Source of the DNA: Eledone cirrhosa
Lineage: Eukaryota
NCBI GenBank assembly: GCA_964016885.1
Contig: OZ024743.1
Location: 136,400,001-136,464,000, forward strand
DNA: 64,000 nt
Direction of reading: 5' to 3'
Program-made: the position numbers and the translations under genes
Shown here: positions 61,901 to 64,000 of the stretch, piece after piece
Layout of the letters: each line of letters starts with the position of its first letter
Numbering within the stretch: the first letter of the stretch is position 1
Notes under the pieces: model-generated
Database searches by the model: none
Seen by the model: the letters and a program-made list of their open reading frames with translations, nothing else
Told to the model about the DNA's origin: nothing

Positions 61901-64000
61901 TGCTTGGTGTTTGGCGTTTGGAGCTCGGTGCCTGGTGCTTGTTGTTTGGTGTTTGGCGCTTGGTGCTTGGTATCTGGTGTTTGGTGCTTGATGTTTGGTG
62001 TTTGGTGCTTGGTGTTTTGTGTTTGGTGATTGGTGCTTGGTGCCTGGTGCTTGGTGCTTGGTGCTTGTTGTTTGGTGCTTGGTGCTTGGTGATTAGTGTT
62101 TGGTGCTTGGTGCTTGCGGTTTGCTGTTTGGTGCTTGGGGTTTGGTGCTTGGTGCTTGGTGCTTGGTGTTTGGTGCTTGGTGCTTGGTGTTTGGTGCTTG
62201 GTGCTTGGTGTTTGGTGTTTGGTGTTTGCTGTTTGCTGTTTGCTGTTTGGTGCTTGCTGTTTGGTGCTTGGTGCTTGGTGTTTGGTGTTTGGTGTTTTGT
62301 GCTTGGTGCTTGGTGTTTGGTGCTTGGTGCTTGGTGCTGGGTGTTTGGTGCTTGGTGCTTGGTGTTTGGTGCTTGGTGCTTGGTGCTTGGTGTTTGGTCC
62401 TTGGTGCTTGGTGCTTGGTCTTTGGTGCTTGGGTTTTGGTGTTTGGTGCTTGGTGCTTGGTGTTTGGTGCTTGGTTCTTGGTGCTTGGTGCTTGGTGTTT
62501 GGTGATTGCTGCTTGGTGCTTGGTGTTTGGTGCTTGGTGCTTGGTGATTAGTGTTTGGTGATTGGTGCTTGGGGTTTGCTGTTTGGTGCTTGGTGCTTGC
62601 TGTTTGGTGTTTGGTGTTTGGTTCTTGGTGCTTGGTGTTTGGTGTTTGGTGTCTGGTGCTTGGTGCTTGGTGCTTGGTGTTTGGTGCTTGGTGCTTGGTG
62701 CTTGGTGTTTGGTGCTGCGTGCTTGGTGTTTGGTGCTTGGTGCTTGGTGATTAGTGTTTGGTGCTTTGTGTTTGGTGCTTGGTGTTTGGTGCTTGGTGCT
62801 TGGTGCTTGGTGCTTGGTGTTAGGTGTTTGGTGCTTGGTGATTGGTGTTTGATGTTAGGTTCTTGGTGCTTGGTGTTTGGTGTTTGGTGCTTGGTGCTTG
62901 GTGTTTGGTGTTTGGTGCTTGGTGCTTGGTGCTTGGTGCTTGGTGTTAGGTGTTTGGTGCTTGGTGCTTGGTGTTTGGTGCTTGGTGCTTTGTGTTTGGT
63001 GCTTGGTGTTTGGTGCTTGGTGCTTGGTGCTTGGTGCTTGGTGTTAGGTGTTTGGTGCTTGGTGATTGGTGTTTGATGTTAGGTTCTTGGTGCTTGGTGT
63101 TTGGTGTTTGGTGCTTGGTGCTTGGTGTTTGGTGTTTGGTGCTTGGTGCTTGGTGCTTGGTGCTTGGTGTTAGGTGTTTGGTGCTTGGTGATGGGTGCTT
63201 GGTGTTTGGTCCTTGGTGCTTGGTGCATGGTCTTTGGTGCTTGGGTTTTGGTGTTTGGTGCTTGGTGCTTGGTGTTTGGTGCTTGGTGCTTGGTGCTTGG
63301 TGCTTGGTGTTTGGTGCTTGCTGCTTGGTGCTTGGTGTTTGGTGCTTGGTGCTTGGTGATTAGTGTTTGGTGATTGGTGCTTGGGGTTTGGTGTTTGGGG
63401 CTTGGTGTTTGGTGGTTAGTGCTTGCTATTTGGTGTTTGGTGTTTGGTTCTTGGTGCTTGGTGGCTGGTGTTTGGTGCTTGGTGCTTGTTGTTTGGTGTT
63501 TGGTGTTTGGTGCTTGGTGCTTGGTGGCTGGTGTTTGGTGCTTGGTGTTTGGAGTTTGGTGCTTGGTGCTTGGTGCCTGGTGTTTCGTGCTTGGTGCTTG
63601 GTGCTTGGTGTTTGGTGATTGGTGCTTGGTGTTTGGTGTTTGGTACTTGGTGCTTGGTGCTTGGTGCTTGGTGCTTGGTGCTTGGTGTTTGATGCTGCGT
63701 GCTTGGTGTTTGGTGTTTGGTGCTTGGTGCTTGGTGTTTGGTCTTTGGAGCTCGGTGCCTGGTGCTTGTTGTTTGGTGTTTGGCGCTTGGTGCTTGGTGT
63801 TTGGTGTTTGGTGCTTGGTGCTTGGTGCTTGGTATCTGGTGCTTGGTGCTTGATGTTTGGTGTTTGGTGCTTGGTGTTTGGTGTTTGGTGCTTGGTGCTT
63901 GGTGTTTGGTGCTGGGTGTTTGGTGTTTGGTGTTTGATGCTTGGTGTTTGCTGCTTGGTGCTTGGTGCTTGGTGTTTTGTGTTTGGTGATTGGTGCTTGG
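58953..64000 (+). repeat. Third, partial copy of the 8.2-kb unit, matching ~51471-56518 (offset 7,482) and running off the window
   Basis: ORFs from 51577 to 56217 recur with identical translations at 59059 to 63699. Confidence 0.93.

Larger units (their letters stand above)
1..64000 (+). repeat. Heptamer satellite (GGTGYTT)n, ~9,140 monomers, single orientation, open at both window ends
   Basis: Read directly: GGTGCTT/GGTGTTT units from base 1 to base 64000 with scattered, mostly single-base variants (GCTGCTT, GATGTTT, AGTGTTT, GGTGATT, GGTCCTT, GGTGCCT, GGGGTTT and others). All three frames on each strand translate to the same 7-aa repeat. Confidence 0.99.

Noticed and set aside
51-63989. 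Hundreds of plus-strand hydrophobic ORFs (WCLVLGA repeats) resembling membrane or Cys/Trp-rich proteins
   Set aside because: All three frames give the same heptapeptide because of the 7-bp period. Starts and stops come from random variant monomers, and there is no non-repetitive domain or frame preference.
1-64000. CRISPR array or diversity-generating cassette system
   Set aside because: There is no alternation of constant repeats with unique spacers, no leader, and no cas, recombinase or reverse transcriptase gene. The variation is point substitution inside a continuous satellite.
1-64000. Telomere tract freshly synthesised by telomerase
   Set aside because: Rare variants are copied in multi-kb blocks, which indicates DNA-templated duplication rather than repeat-by-repeat addition from an RNA template. 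A telomere-derived or recombination-maintained terminal array is not excluded.
1-64000. Strong G-quadruplex-forming array
   Set aside because: G-tracts are mostly GG separated by 5 nt. GGG or GGGG tracts occur only in scattered variant monomers, so canonical three-tier G4 motifs are not evident.
1-64000. Tandem yeast Rap1-like sites (GGTGY half-sites)
   Set aside because: The half-sites here are spaced 7 bp apart whereas canonical Rap1 half-sites are 8 bp apart, and nothing indicates the organism is a budding yeast.
1-64000. Pure sequencing or base-calling artefact, or simulated repeat
   Set aside because: Rare variants recur in consistent, hierarchically nested blocks and indels are very rare, which random read error would not produce. 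Mis-assembly of individual duplications remains possible.
1-64000. Bacterial short heptamer tandem repeats (cyanobacterial STRR-type intergenic repeats)
   Set aside because: Those arrays are typically short and lie between genes. A gene-free array of at least 64 kb with higher-order structure fits eukaryotic satellite DNA much better, although the source cannot be proven from sequence alone.

Overview
The whole 64 kb window is one uninterrupted, single-orientation tandem array of a 7-bp monomer, GGTGYTT (GGTGCTT and GGTGTTT intermixed; AARCACC on the other strand), about 9,140 units long. I see no genes, RNA genes, transposons, CRISPR array or unique sequence. All listed ORFs are artefacts: 7 is coprime with 3, so every frame gives the same heptapeptide (WCLV[L/F]G[A/V] on +, TKHQ[A/T]P[S/N] on -). 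The real structure is hidden in the pattern of variant monomers. It shows nested in-register duplications with offsets from about 119 bp to 8,216 bp, a landmark motif recurring about 34 times, region-private variants, and only 4 distinct indel events (12 occurrences) that together account for the net 7-bp phase drift from end to end. The best reading is a eukaryotic-type satellite (pericentromeric, subtelomeric or telomere-like) expanding by recombination. Organism and chromosomal location cannot be determined from the sequence. Duplication boundaries were estimated by eye and from ORF-track offsets, so they are approximate.
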